From positions 3,296,001 through 3,360,000 of the forward strand of contig CP182352.1 in NCBI GenBank assembly GCA_048571215.1: 64,000 nt of DNA, given 5' to 3'. The notes beneath the pieces were generated by a model. The model made no database searches. It had not been told where the DNA came from and saw only the letters and a program-made list of their open reading frames with translations. This document shows, one piece after another, positions 24,299-35,122 of the stretch. A program made the position numbers and the translations under genes. The first letter of the stretch is position 1. Each line of letters opens with the position of its first letter. The stretch comes from Halarcobacter sp. (GTDB lineage Bacteria > Campylobacterota > Campylobacteria > Campylobacterales > Arcobacteraceae).

Positions 24299-25858
24299 GA
24301 TATCTTGAATTAAAAACTGGGGTGAAACTTCACCTCTAAATTCATTTTTGTTAACTGAAACTACCAAATCAATTTTATTGTTCATAATATTATCTTCTGC
24401 GTGAAATTTTAGAGCTTCAAATATAACTCCGTCGTTGTTTAATAGTAGTTTTAAATGGTTTTTATCTTTTCCAAAAAATTGAGATTTAACTATATTTGAG
24501 TTTGAGATTTTAAAAACTGGACGAGAATTTTGTAATCCATAAGGTTCAAACTTTTCAATAATATTTAAAAACTCTATATCAACACAAGAAATATCAAGTT
24601 CCCCTAATACATCCAATTCAATATGAAGTTCTTCTGGTTCAATATCAAGTAGTTTATTGATTCTTTGTTTAAACTCTTCCAGGTTTGAAGCTTTCATAGA
24701 TAGTCCAGCTGCATTTTTATGTCCCCCAAAGCCAATCAATAAATCGGAAGTTTCTTCTATGATAGAGTGTAGATTTATATTTGCATTTGCTCTTGCACTC
24801 CCTTTTGCTATTCCATTATTTATTGAGAATATAAAAGCAGGTTTTTTATAAGCATTTGATAACTTAGAAGCAACAATCCCAATAACCCCTTCATGCCAGT
24901 TTTCTCCCCAGACAATTACTGCATTATCATTAGCATTTGAGGCATCATTAGCTTTTCTTGAAATCTCTTCTTGCAAAGTTTTTCTATAGCAGTTTAATTC
25001 CTCAAGAAGTTGTAATGTTTCATTTGCTTCATATTCATTTGAAGCTAGTAAAAATGAAAGTGCTATTGAAGCATCATCCATTCTTCCTGCACTATTTATC
25101 TTTGGTGCAATAGTAAAACCAACATCATCAGAAACAAAAATATCTTTTTGCATCATCTCATTTATTTTTCTAAAAGCGGGTCTATTTGAAGTTTTTATCA
25201 TTTTTAATCCATGTCTAACCATGGTATAGTTTAGATTTGTCATAGGCATAATATCAGCGATAATAGCTATACATAAAAGATCAAAATAGCTTTGTAAATT
25301 TATATCAAGATTTAGTTCTTTTTTTATAGATGCACAAAAATACCATGCAACTTGAGCTCCACATATCTCTTTAAATGGAAAATTACAATCTTTTTGTTTA
25401 GGATTTATTATTGCTAATGCTTGGGGTATTTCATGACCAACAGTATGGTGATCAGTAATAATTAAATCAATCCCTTTTTGTTTTAGTCTATTGGCTGCTT
25501 CAACAGCTGAAATACCATTATCAACTGTGATTACAAGTCCAGAGTCTATCATATCTACAATCTTGGCAGATAAACCATAACCATGCTCAAATCTATTTGG
25601 GATTATATGATTAACTTCAATTCCAGCTTTTGAAAAAAAGTCAACGATAATAGCAGTTGATACAACTCCATCCACATCATAATCACCGACTATTGTGATA
25701 GTTTCTTTATTATTTATAGCTTCTTTAACTCTTTTAGAAGCTTTTTCTATATCTTTAAAACTATTTGGATTTGGTATATTTGAAAGACGAGTATATTTAT
25801 TACTTTCTTGACGTTTTGAAAGTATATTATATAACTCTTCTTTCGTAATTTTTTTCAT
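24293..25858 (-). CDS. recJ: ssDNA exonuclease RecJ
   Basis: GDYDVDG, TVDNG, TDHH, GSAR, GGHKNAAG. Confidence 0.96.
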   Translation of the reverse strand: MKKITKEELYNILSKRQESNKYTRLSNIPNPNSFKDIEKASKRVKEAINNKETITIVGDYDVDGVVSTAIIVDFFSKAGIEVNHIIPNRFEHGYGLSAKIVDMIDSGLVITVDNGISAVEAANRLKQKGIDLIITDHHTVGHEIPQALAIINPKQKDCNFPFKEICGAQVAWYFCASIKKELNLDINLQSYFDLLCIAIIADIMPMTNLNYTMVRHGLKMIKTSNRPAFRKINEMMQKDIFVSDDVGFTIAPKINSAGRMDDASIALSFLLASNEYEANETLQLLEELNCYRKTLQEEISRKANDASNANDNAVIVWGENWHEGVIGIVASKLSNAYKKPAFIFSINNGIAKGSARANANINLHSIIEETSDLLIGFGGHKNAAGLSMKASNLEEFKQRINKLLDIEPEELHIELDVLGELDISCVDIEFLNIIEKFEPYGLQNSRPVFKISNSNIVKSQFFGKDKNHLKLLLNNDGVIFEALKFHAEDNIMNNKIDLVVSVNKNEFRGEVSPQFLIQDIL

Positions 25859-25861
25859 CTA

Positions 25862-27475
25862 TTACTTATTTGCTAATTGTTTAACAAATTCTAAAATGAT
25901 AGGATTTGGAGTTTCTAAGTGAGAAGTAAATTCTGGGTGGAATTGTACCCCAACAAACCATTGGTGCTCTTTTAATTCTACAGCTTCAATTAGACCATTT
26001 GATTCTCCAGAGACTATCAATCCTTGGGCTTCTAATCTATCTTTATATGCAGGGTTTGCTTCATATCTATGTCTATGTCTTTCATAATAAATCTCATCGT
26101 TACCATAAGCTTTTTGAAGTTTTGTTCCCTTTTTTGGCTCAAATGGGTATTCCCCTAGTCTCATAGTACCACCCATTGGTGACTCATGTGTTCTTAGTTG
26201 TTTATTTCCACTTTGGTCAATAAACTCATCAATTAGATAAATAACTGCTTCTTTACACTCTTCATCAAACTCAATAGAGTTTGCTTCTTCAATACCCAAT
26301 ACATTTCTAGCAAACTCTACAATAGCAAGTTGCATACCTAGACAGATACCAAGATAAGGGATATTGTTCTCTCTAGCATATTTTATAGCTGCAAGTTTAC
26401 CCTCTACTCCTCTGTGTCCAAATCCACCTGCAACTAAAATTCCATCAGAGTTTCCTATAATATCATAGGCTCCTACATCTTCTATTCTTTCACTATCACA
26501 CCAGTGTATATTTACTTTTATATTTAAGTGAGCACCAGCATGAATCAAAGCTTCAATTAGTGATTTATATGATTCTTTCAAATCCAAATACTTACCAACA
26601 AAAGCAATAGTAACTTCACCTTGAGGAATAAGAATGTTTTTAACTAAAGTATCCCATTTTTCCATACTTGGTTTAATTTTGATAAAGAAATGTTCTGATA
26701 AGGCATTTAAAATTCCCTCTTTTATAAAATGAAGTGGTACTTGATAAATCGATTGAGCATCACCAGCTTCAATAACTGCTTTTTTATCAATATCACATGA
26801 TAGGGCAAGCTTATCTTTTAAATTTTTAGGAAGAGGTCTTTCTGTTCTACATACAAGCATATGAGGAGTAATACCAATTCTTCTTAACTCTTGAACTGAG
26901 TGTTGTGTAGGTTTTGTTTTAAGTTCACCTGCTGCTTTAATATAAGGCACTAAAGTAACATGGATATTCATAGTATTTGTTTTTGGAAGTTCATGTCGTA
27001 TAGCTCTAATTGCTTCCATAAAAGGTAAGCCTTCAATATCACCAACAGTACCACCAAGTTCTATTATTAAAAACTCATTATCATCAGCTGCTGCGTAGAT
27101 TCTATCTTTGATTTCGTCAACTACATGGGGAATAATTTGTATAGTTTTACCTAAATATCCACCCTCTCTTTCTCTTTTAATAACACTTTGGTAAACTTGT
27201 CCTGTAGTAAAAGAGTTTTTAGCTGTCAAAGTTTGGTCAATAAATCTTTCATAATTACCTAAATCAAGATCTGTTTCAGCACCATCTGCTGTTACAAATA
27301 CTTCCCCATGCTCTAATGGGCTCATTGTCCCTGGGTCTACGTTTAAATATGGGTCAATTTTTAACATTGATACTTTAAACCCAGATTGTTTTAAAATTGT
27401 TGCAATAGATGCAGAAGTGATACCTTTACCAAGTGAGCTTAATACCCCACCAGTTACAAATATAAATTTAGTCAT
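25862..27475 (-). CDS. pyrG: CTP synthase
   Basis: [26 protein letters not shown]. Confidence 0.99.
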   Translation of the reverse strand: MTKFIFVTGGVLSSLGKGITSASIATILKQSGFKVSMLKIDPYLNVDPGTMSPLEHGEVFVTADGAETDLDLGNYERFIDQTLTAKNSFTTGQVYQSVIKREREGGYLGKTIQIIPHVVDEIKDRIYAAADDNEFLIIELGGTVGDIEGLPFMEAIRAIRHELPKTNTMNIHVTLVPYIKAAGELKTKPTQHSVQELRRIGITPHMLVCRTERPLPKNLKDKLALSCDIDKKAVIEAGDAQSIYQVPLHFIKEGILNALSEHFFIKIKPSMEKWDTLVKNILIPQGEVTIAFVGKYLDLKESYKSLIEALIHAGAHLNIKVNIHWCDSERIEDVGAYDIIGNSDGILVAGGFGHRGVEGKLAAIKYARENNIPYLGICLGMQLAIVEFARNVLGIEEANSIEFDEECKEAVIYLIDEFIDQSGNKQLRTHESPMGGTMRLGEYPFEPKKGTKLQKAYGNDEIYYERHRHRYEANPAYKDRLEAQGLIVSGESNGLIEAVELKEHQWFVGVQFHPEFTSHLETPNPIILEFVKQLANK

Positions 27476-27558
27476 TATGAAAAACTCCGTATAATTGTGT
27501 AAATAGATTGTATATGATTTATTGGGGGATTATATCCAAAGGATGGTTAATATGTAGT

Positions 27559-27590
27559 TAAAGAAAGAAGAGAAATCTCTTCTTTCTTTA
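27559..27590 (-). terminator. Hairpin at ccoG 3' end
   Basis: TAAAGAAAGAAGAGA-AA-TCTCTTCTTTCTTTA. Confidence 0.65.
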
Positions 27591-28973
27591 TTTATTTAAT
27601 TTATCTGCTCTTGGGAAGATAAATACAGCTTTTCTTAACACAGAAATTTTTTCTGGCTCATCTACTGCATAAGCTCTAATTGTAACAGTTATTGGTGTAT
27701 CTTTTGTAACATCATTTACTAAAAGTTTATCAGTAGATAAAATTACAACTTTTTTTGCTAACTTTTTAGGACTTAATTTAAATGGTTTAAATCTTTTTAT
27801 TTTAATATCGTTATGATCTATAATCTCTAAATTATAAGTATGTGGTTTTGAATCTGTATTTTGAAATAAAAATAAGAAGTTATTTGAAACAACATTACCC
27901 TCTTTAATTTTATAAAGTTGTGTGGTTTTATTTACATTTAGAAGCATATGCTCTTTTTCTCCACCCATTACAAAAAGTAAAGCTAAAATTACAACTAAAG
28001 CTACACTATACATTATTGTAGATTTTCTTATTATTTTAGTTGGTTCATTATTTTTGATTTGGTTTGTACTAGTCCATTGTACTAACGATTCTTTTCCTAA
28101 TTTACCCATAACTGTAGTACAGGCATCAACACACTCTAAACAGTTGATACATTCAAGTTGTAAACCTTTTCTAATATCAATATGTGTAGGACATACAGTT
28201 ACACAAGATTCACAGGTTGTACATTCATTTGTTGGGTCTGGTAAATCTTTTTGTTTGAAAATAATTTTTTCTCTCTTATCATTGTAAATATCCCCACCTC
28301 TATTTGTTGAATAGATTGCTTGATATGTATTATCATCATATAAAACTGATTGCACTCTAGAGTAAGGACATACATAAACACAAAAATCCTCTTTCATCCA
28401 AATAACATCATATACTAAGAAACCTGCTATTATTAAAACAAAGCCTATTAAAAAGTAGTGTTCCGTTGGGTTTTGTAAATATGCAAAAAAATCTTCAGGA
28501 GGAACAAAATACCACATAAAATCAGCAGCTGCTATAAGTGATAAGGCAGTCCAAATTAAAATTGCAAGAACTTTTTTTGATGCATTTTCTGGTTTTTTCC
28601 AATTAGGTTCTTTTTGTTTATTTTTAATTCTTCTAAGACCTAGAAGTTTACTCTCAATAAAATCTCGATAGATTACTCTAAATATTGTTTGTGGACATGC
28701 CCATCCACACCATGCTCTTCCTCCTATTGCAGTTACTGCAAATATACCTAAAAATAGCAGCATTAACAAAAATGGCATTAGATATAACTCTTGCATATCA
28801 AATGCTACTCCCATTAGATGTAATTGTTTTTTATCAAATGATAGTAAAAATAAGTGATTACCATCAATCCTAATAAATGGGATTACTAAAGCTACTATGG
28901 TTGCAAGTGCATATGCATAGTATCTTTTTATCCTATATGGGCTTTTTTTTACCGCTGTTGTAGTTCCTTCCAT
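27588..28973 (-). CDS. ccoG: Cytochrome c oxidase accessory protein CcoG
   Basis: GRAWCGWACPQT, FCVYVCPY, CTTCESCVTVCP..IDIR..LECINCLECVDAC. Confidence 0.95.
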   Translation of the reverse strand: MEGTTTAVKKSPYRIKRYYAYALATIVALVIPFIRIDGNHLFLLSFDKKQLHLMGVAFDMQELYLMPFLLMLLFLGIFAVTAIGGRAWCGWACPQTIFRVIYRDFIESKLLGLRRIKNKQKEPNWKKPENASKKVLAILIWTALSLIAAADFMWYFVPPEDFFAYLQNPTEHYFLIGFVLIIAGFLVYDVIWMKEDFCVYVCPYSRVQSVLYDDNTYQAIYSTNRGGDIYNDKREKIIFKQKDLPDPTNECTTCESCVTVCPTHIDIRKGLQLECINCLECVDACTTVMGKLGKESLVQWTSTNQIKNNEPTKIIRKSTIMYSVALVVILALLFVMGGEKEHMLLNVNKTTQLYKIKEGNVVSNNFLFLFQNTDSKPHTYNLEIIDHNDIKIKRFKPFKLSPKKLAKKVVILSTDKLLVNDVTKDTPITVTIRAYAVDEPEKISVLRKAVFIFPRADKLNK

Positions 28974-29058
28974 TTTCTAATCCTATATCTTTTTTGTAAT
29001 TTTATATAAAGCAACCTTATAATAAGCATAAACTATTATAAGTATAGATTATAATAAA

Positions 29059-29892
29059 CTATTTTGATAACTTTTTGTAAAGTTCTATTTTCTCAGCTAT
29101 CTGGCTTTTTATACTAGATATATCAAATTTATTTATTTGATTTATTTTAGGATAATTCTTAGTTATATTGTCAAATAATTCAATTGCTTCAGTAATCGAA
29201 TTGGTTTTTATTGTTGGTAGATTAAGTTTATTGATTATCTCTTCATCATAAACTTTATCATCTCTTTTTAATAAAACTGCCTTATTGCCACAAGCTATAG
29301 ATTCAATACATCCATTTAAAGAGGCACTTAATAGAAATTTACTACTTTGTATTGAGTTAATATACTCCTCTTCTTCTAATATTGTGTTGAAACTATCTGC
29401 TAATAGTTTTTCATTACCTAAAAAAAAGTAGTGTCCCCAAAGTAAAGGAATATCTATATCTTTTACATCTTCACACATATCCAATAAGAGGTTATTATAA
29501 TCATCATCTCCAAAAAATATCAACTTTTCTATTGTTTGATTTTTTTGTGGATAAAAAAACTCTTCATCTATTAAAGTATATGGTATATCTTCAGGGAATT
29601 TATAAAGTAAAGTACAAAACTCTTTCATATGTTCTTGCATAAACTCACTAGCTTCATCACTATCATAGATTAAAATATCTCCCCTTTGCATTATATTTGG
29701 AAGATTTGACAAAATATCAACAGATACATATTTTTTTATACCAAGCACCTCTTTTGCGTATGCTCCAGCTCTAAAATCACAAGTGCATAAAATAGGGTCA
29801 TACTCTTTTATAAATTTTGAAAAAGCGGAGCATCTTCTAGTGGCATCAAGCCCAATAGCATGGCCACTCTTAGCATATAGATAAATTTTCAT
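29059..29892 (-). CDS. Hypothetical protein, weak PseG/SpsG-like GT-B fold
   Basis: N-terminal GHAIGLDATRRC resembles the G.GH..RC start; IFFGDDD resembles FGG.D. Confidence 0.45.
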   Translation of the reverse strand: MKIYLYAKSGHAIGLDATRRCSAFSKFIKEYDPILCTCDFRAGAYAKEVLGIKKYVSVDILSNLPNIMQRGDILIYDSDEASEFMQEHMKEFCTLLYKFPEDIPYTLIDEEFFYPQKNQTIEKLIFFGDDDYNNLLLDMCEDVKDIDIPLLWGHYFFLGNEKLLADSFNTILEEEEYINSIQSSKFLLSASLNGCIESIACGNKAVLLKRDDKVYDEEIINKLNLPTIKTNSITEAIELFDNITKNYPKINQINKFDISSIKSQIAEKIELYKKLSK

Positions 29893-30086
29893 TATTTTCC
29901 TTTTGAAAGTGATACAATAAAAGTGATAAGAAGACTATTTATTGTAAGGTAGATTGATTTTTCGAGATTTTACAATATAGTTAGTTAAACTCCACAATTA
30001 GAGTATGATATAAAAATAATTTTAATGATATTAAATTTAATTTAAACTTTCTTATATAAAATAGATTTTTTAAAATAAGGTTCAAG

Positions 30087-30977
30087 ATGAAATCTCAAAC
30101 AGCTGCATATAAATATGCATTATTGGCAATTTTTTTATGGTCTACAGTAGCTTCTGCTTTTAAAGTAGCACTTATGTATCTAACACCTTATGAATTAGTT
30201 TTTTATGCAGTTTTAACATCAACTATTACACTTTTTATTATAGTACTTTATCAAAAAAAAATAAGTGTTGTAAAAGAACATATAAAAAGCAATTTTAAAT
30301 CTACACTTTTATTAGGAGTAATTAATCCTTTTTTATACTATATTGTTTTATTTAAAGCTTATGATTTATTGCCAGCTCAAGAAGCACAGGCTATTAACTA
30401 CACTTGGGCATTAATGTTAGCATTATTATCTGTTGTTTTTTTAAAGCAAAAACTTACTTTAAATGATATTGTTGCAGGAATTGTTTGTTACTTTGGAGTT
30501 TTGATAATATCAACAAAGGGTGAGCCTTTCTCTTTAAACTTCTCAAACCTTGATGGAGTAGGCTTAGCATTGTTTTCTACTATATTATGGTCTATGTATT
30601 GGATTTTTAATACTAAGTCAAAAGTTGAACCTATAGTGGGACTATTTTCGAACTTTTTAGTCTCTTTGCCTATCATCTTTATATTCTTGATTTTATCTCA
30701 ACCTTTACAAATACCACATATAAATGGGATATTTGCTGGTATTTATGTTGGACTATTTGAGATGGGAATCACCTTTTTATTTTGGTTAAATGCAATGCAA
30801 AAAGCAATTTCAACTTCAAAAATTGCAAATTTGATTTTTATTTCACCTTTTTTATCTTTAGTTTTTATTCATCTAATAGTTGGTGAAGAGATATATATTT
30901 CTACTGTTTTTGGATTAACTACAATTATCTTTGGTTTGATAATTCAACAACTAAAAACAAAAAAAAATCAAGTTTAA
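30087..30977 (+). CDS. DMT/EamA family transporter
   Basis: About 10 TM segments; INYTWA and LIFISP repeat signatures. Confidence 0.9.
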   Translation: MKSQTAAYKYALLAIFLWSTVASAFKVALMYLTPYELVFYAVLTSTITLFIIVLYQKKISVVKEHIKSNFKSTLLLGVINPFLYYIVLFKAYDLLPAQEAQAINYTWALMLALLSVVFLKQKLTLNDIVAGIVCYFGVLIISTKGEPFSLNFSNLDGVGLALFSTILWSMYWIFNTKSKVEPIVGLFSNFLVSLPIIFIFLILSQPLQIPHINGIFAGIYVGLFEMGITFLFWLNAMQKAISTSKIANLIFISPFLSLVFIHLIVGEEIYISTVFGLTTIIFGLIIQQLKTKKNQV

Positions 30978-31151
30978 GAATTAAAAAATAGCATTAGAAT
31001 AGCAATTTAGCAAAAAATCATAAAAAAATCATATTTTGTATATTTTATATACAATAATTGTCTTATATTTATACATTGAGATAAAAATGTTTCAAAATTA
31101 CACTAAAATCATCAGAATTTTTTAAGTTTTTATGTGAAATAATGATTAAGT

Positions 31152-31177
31152 TAAAATGGTAGTACAAAAAGTATTAC
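31152..31177 (+). promoter_or_regulatory. Putative -10 element plus operator inverted repeat
   Basis: TAAAAT (31152) followed by GTAGTAC-AAAAA-GTATTAC over the expected transcription start. Confidence 0.45.
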
Positions 31178-31203
31178 TAATAAATCATTAGAAAGATTTA
31201 ACA

Positions 31204-31443
31204 ATGGCGAAGCAAAGAAATAAAAGAAGTGTAATCAAAAAAGTTATAAATAATCATTTAAATGGAAATAAAAAAGAGATATCTCAATTAACTATTAAAA
31301 TAGATAAAAAACTTGATGAAGCATTAATAGTTTTAAGTCAGTCATTAAATATTTCAAAAAATAGATTGATTGAAGATATACTTTTTGAAAGTGGAATAAT
31401 TCAAGAAGTAGATGAAAATTATGTTGGAGATGATAATGAATAA
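31204..31443 (+). CDS. Ribbon-helix-helix DNA-binding protein
   Basis: Alternating strand QLTIKID, helix KKLDEALIVLSQSL, turn NISK, helix NRLIEDIL. Confidence 0.65.
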   Translation: MAKQRNKRSVIKKVINNHLNGNKKEISQLTIKIDKKLDEALIVLSQSLNISKNRLIEDILFESGIIQEVDENYVGDDNE

Positions 31444-32095
31444 CTTTCCTAAGAAAGATGATGTAATCAATGCAGTTTTAAAAGGCTTAAGTGCTGCAAA
31501 AAAGAATTACACTTTTTGGACATGTGATGAATTATATCTATCTTATGCTCCATCAAAATTTCTTTCTATTCATGTTGCACAAGAGATTGGAAAACTAAAA
31601 GATGCGCCAGAGATTTTTATAGACGCAACTGTTTCAGATATTCTTAGATGTTCACTACCAAATAGAACAGCTTTTAGAGAGTTTATGAAGAGTAAATATA
31701 TAATGGATAGAACTTTATGTTTAACATTAGATGAAAGATTTGAACATAAAAGTGATAATGATTCAATCTCAAAAGTGATTATGTGTTTAAAAAATGGAGT
31801 ACGAAATGTACAACAAGAGTATTTAGATGATATTGAAGTTATGTGTAAAATGCTTGAAAGAGATAATCATGAAGATACAACCTTAGATTATGGGGTATTT
31901 GGATTTTATCTAGATATTTCAAGTAGTGCAAGAAAAAAAGCTCAAGTTAGAGTTGATTCTATTATTGAATCATTTGATAATATAGTAAAAAAGTATAAAA
32001 ATTTAAAATCTAGTTTCAAGGGGGAAAGCATAGTAAAAATTGAAAAAGTCGGTGAGTGGTGTATTGGATGCTATGTCATCGAACCAACACTATAA
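31436..32095 (+). CDS. Hypothetical protein coupled to the RHH gene
   Basis: GGAG RBS before ATG 31436, overlapping the upstream stop; no confident family. Confidence 0.7.
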   Translation: MNNFPKKDDVINAVLKGLSAAKKNYTFWTCDELYLSYAPSKFLSIHVAQEIGKLKDAPEIFIDATVSDILRCSLPNRTAFREFMKSKYIMDRTLCLTLDERFEHKSDNDSISKVIMCLKNGVRNVQQEYLDDIEVMCKMLERDNHEDTTLDYGVFGFYLDISSSARKKAQVRVDSIIESFDNIVKKYKNLKSSFKGESIVKIEKVGEWCIGCYVIEPTL

Positions 32096-32125
32096 AATTA
32101 ATTTAAAATAAATAAGGGGTAAAGC

Positions 32126-33244
32126 ATGAAAAAAATAGTAAAAGCGTTAGCATTAAGTGGAATGGTAGCTTGTACATTAGCTGCAAGTGATACGGTTAAG
32201 ATTGGAGTTCAAGCACCAATTACAGGAAAGTATGCAAATGAGGGGCAAAGTATTAATAACTTTGTAAAACTAATTGTTGCAGAAAAAAATGAAAAAGGTG
32301 GACTTTTAGGTAAAAAAATTGAAGTTGTAACTTGTGATGATGAAGCAAAAGCTCAAAAAGCTGCTGTTTGTGCTAAGAAATTAGTAAACGCAGGTGTCTT
32401 TGCTGTAATTGGTTCTTATACTTCTGGTGCAACTGAAGCTGCTCAAACAACATATTATAGAAATAAAGTTTTACAAACAAGTGATGGTACAAGTGATTCA
32501 TTAATCTCTAAAAAATATTGGACATTCTTTAGAAACTCATTTCCAAACTCTGCACAAAGTGATTTTACAGCAGATTATTTTGTAAATACAAAAAAATATA
32601 AAAGAATAGTTATTTTATCTGATTACTCTTCATATTCAGATGGACTAGGTAATGCAACAGAAGAATCAATCAAAAAAATTGGTGGTAATGTAATTTTCAG
32701 AGGAAAAATCAAATCTGGAACTCAAAACTTTACAGCAGTACTTACTAAAATAAAATCAATGAACCCAGATGTTATTTATTATTCTGGATACTATACTGAT
32801 GGTGGACTATTAAGAGCTCAACAAATTCAATTAGGTATTGATGCAGATTTTGTTGGTGGGGATTCAAATGATAACCCAGATTTTTATAAACTTGCAGGAA
32901 AAGCTTCAGCTGGTACAGTTATTATTAACTTCCCAACACCTGAATTATTACCTTATCCAAAAGCAAAAAAATATTTAGCTGCTTATCATAAAGAGTTTAA
33001 ATCAAATCCTCCATCAATCTGGCCTGTTACAAATGCAGATGGTTTATTAGCAGTAATCGAAGGTGTTGAAAAAACAAACTCTTTTGATACTAAAAAAATC
33101 TCTGATTATATTAGAGATGATATGAAAGATTTCCCTGGTATTACAGGACCTTTTAATATTAGAGAAGATGGAGAAAGAGTTGGAGCTAAGTTTGTTGTAT
33201 ATAAACTTAACAACAATGGTACAAAAGACGTAGTTACTCAATAA
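32126..33244 (+). CDS. livK: Liv-type amino acid ABC substrate-binding protein
   Basis: Signal peptide, VKIGVQAPITG, GGLLGKKIE, GITGPF. Confidence 0.85.
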   Translation: MKKIVKALALSGMVACTLAASDTVKIGVQAPITGKYANEGQSINNFVKLIVAEKNEKGGLLGKKIEVVTCDDEAKAQKAAVCAKKLVNAGVFAVIGSYTSGATEAAQTTYYRNKVLQTSDGTSDSLISKKYWTFFRNSFPNSAQSDFTADYFVNTKKYKRIVILSDYSSYSDGLGNATEESIKKIGGNVIFRGKIKSGTQNFTAVLTKIKSMNPDVIYYSGYYTDGGLLRAQQIQLGIDADFVGGDSNDNPDFYKLAGKASAGTVIINFPTPELLPYPKAKKYLAAYHKEFKSNPPSIWPVTNADGLLAVIEGVEKTNSFDTKKISDYIRDDMKDFPGITGPFNIREDGERVGAKFVVYKLNNNGTKDVVTQ

Positions 33245-33257
33245 GTAAAGAGGCAAT

Positions 33258-34160
33258 ATGGATATTTTTCTTCAACAATTAATAAATGGTTTAACTGTTG
33301 GAAGTCTATATGCATTAGTTGCTTTAGGTTATACAATGGTCTATGGGGTTATGAAGTTAATTAACTTCGCCCATGGAGACCTTGTAGCCTTCTCAGCTTA
33401 TGTAGGACTTACAATTTTTACTCAATTTTTCGGATCAGGAGCAACCTCAATAGTAAGTATTGTAATAGTATTTACATTAACTGCAATTATTGTTGCTATA
33501 GTTGGTGTCCTTCTTGAGCGCCTAGCTTACAGACCTTTAAGAACGGCACCAAGACTAAGTGCGGTTGTTTCTGCATTAGGTGCATCGTTGGTGATTCAAA
33601 ATGGAATCATGTTGATTTGGGGACCTAATATGAAAATTTTCCCAGCAGATATATTTCCAAATACATCATGGACATTTGGAACAGTTGTTATTTCATTTAC
33701 ACAAATGGTAATTTTACTTTTATCAGCAGTTGTAATGATAGCTCTTTATTTCTTTATCAATAAAACAAAAATTGGTACTGCAATTAGAGCTACAGCAATT
33801 GATCAAGATGCTGCAAAATTGATGGGTATAAATGTTAATAGAATTATTATGACTATTTTTATTATAGGTTCTATGTTAGGGGCAATTGGTGGTTTGTTTA
33901 TTGGTATTTACTATAGAGGATTAACTTTTGATATGGGTTGGCTTTATGGTTTAAGTGCTTTTATTGCAGCAATTATTGGTGGAATTGGTTCAATTCCTGG
34001 AGCTATGCTTGGTGGACTTTTACTTGGATTATTTAATGCAATGATTGCAGGATATATTTCAACAGAGTGGGCAGAAGCATTTACCTATATTCTATTGATT
34101 ATAATTTTAATTGTAAGACCAACAGGAATACTTGGTGAAAAAACAGCGGAGAAAGTATAA
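33258..34160 (+). CDS. livH: Liv-type ABC permease
   Basis: GSLYALVALGYTMVYG..INFAHG, RPTGILG. Confidence 0.92.
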   Translation: MDIFLQQLINGLTVGSLYALVALGYTMVYGVMKLINFAHGDLVAFSAYVGLTIFTQFFGSGATSIVSIVIVFTLTAIIVAIVGVLLERLAYRPLRTAPRLSAVVSALGASLVIQNGIMLIWGPNMKIFPADIFPNTSWTFGTVVISFTQMVILLLSAVVMIALYFFINKTKIGTAIRATAIDQDAAKLMGINVNRIIMTIFIIGSMLGAIGGLFIGIYYRGLTFDMGWLYGLSAFIAAIIGGIGSIPGAMLGGLLLGLFNAMIAGYISTEWAEAFTYILLIIILIVRPTGILGEKTAEKV

Positions 34161-35122
34161 TGAATAATAAAAATATTATATTAGCCTTTGTGGTAGTAAT
34201 GGCAATTTTCCCGTTTGTTGTTGATTCGGCTTGGTTAAGTATTGGAATTACATTTTTAGTATTTTCAGCGGTTGCATTTTCCCAAGATATTATTTTAGGA
34301 CGTGCAGGTATTTTTAATATGGGACATGCAATATTTTTTGGAATGGGAGCATATACAACGGCAATTTTAAATATCCATTTTGGATTTGAGATTATTGCTA
34401 CTGTACCATTTGCTATTGTTATTCCAGCTATTTTTGCAGTCTTGTTAGCAGGACCTATTATCCACTTAAGAGGGGATTATTTATTAGTTGCCACAATTGG
34501 ATTTAATATTATCTTTGAACAGGTATTAAAAAATGATGTATTTGGTTTAACTGGTGGTCCAAATGGTATTTTTGGAATTGATGTGGTAAGAATTTTTGGT
34601 TATGAGTTATTCTCTGATATGGCAATATATTATATTGCCTTTGGATTACTTCTAATCACTTTATTAATCATTAGAAATTTAGATACCTCTGCCTTTGGTA
34701 GAGCATTATATTATATAAATAAAGATGAAATTGCAGCAAAATCTATGGGTATAAATATCTCATATTATAAACTTTTTGCTTTTGCATTAGGTGCTGCTAT
34801 TGCAGGTGCTGCTGGTTCTGTTTTTGCAATTCAATATTCAGCTGTATCTCCTGAGTCATTTAACTTTATGCAGTCAGTTATGTTCTTTGCAATTGTACTT
34901 GTTGGTGGCTCTGCTTCACTTCCTGGGGTTATTATAGGTACCTTTGTAATGTTTGTATTACCTGAACTTTTCACAGAGTTTAAAGAATCAAGATATCTAA
35001 TATTTGGTGCAGCTATGATTTTAACCATGATTTTAAGACCAAATGGAATATTACCAGCTAAGTTTGGGATTGTTCCAAAGTTTATTAAAAAACTAGCAGC
35101 TAAAAAAGGGGAAGCAAAATGA
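34160..35122 (+). CDS. livM: Liv-type ABC permease
   Basis: LRGDYL, TGGPNG, RPNGIL. Confidence 0.9.
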   Translation: MNNKNIILAFVVVMAIFPFVVDSAWLSIGITFLVFSAVAFSQDIILGRAGIFNMGHAIFFGMGAYTTAILNIHFGFEIIATVPFAIVIPAIFAVLLAGPIIHLRGDYLLVATIGFNIIFEQVLKNDVFGLTGGPNGIFGIDVVRIFGYELFSDMAIYYIAFGLLLITLLIIRNLDTSAFGRALYYINKDEIAAKSMGINISYYKLFAFALGAAIAGAAGSVFAIQYSAVSPESFNFMQSVMFFAIVLVGGSASLPGVIIGTFVMFVLPELFTEFKESRYLIFGAAMILTMILRPNGILPAKFGIVPKFIKKLAAKKGEAK

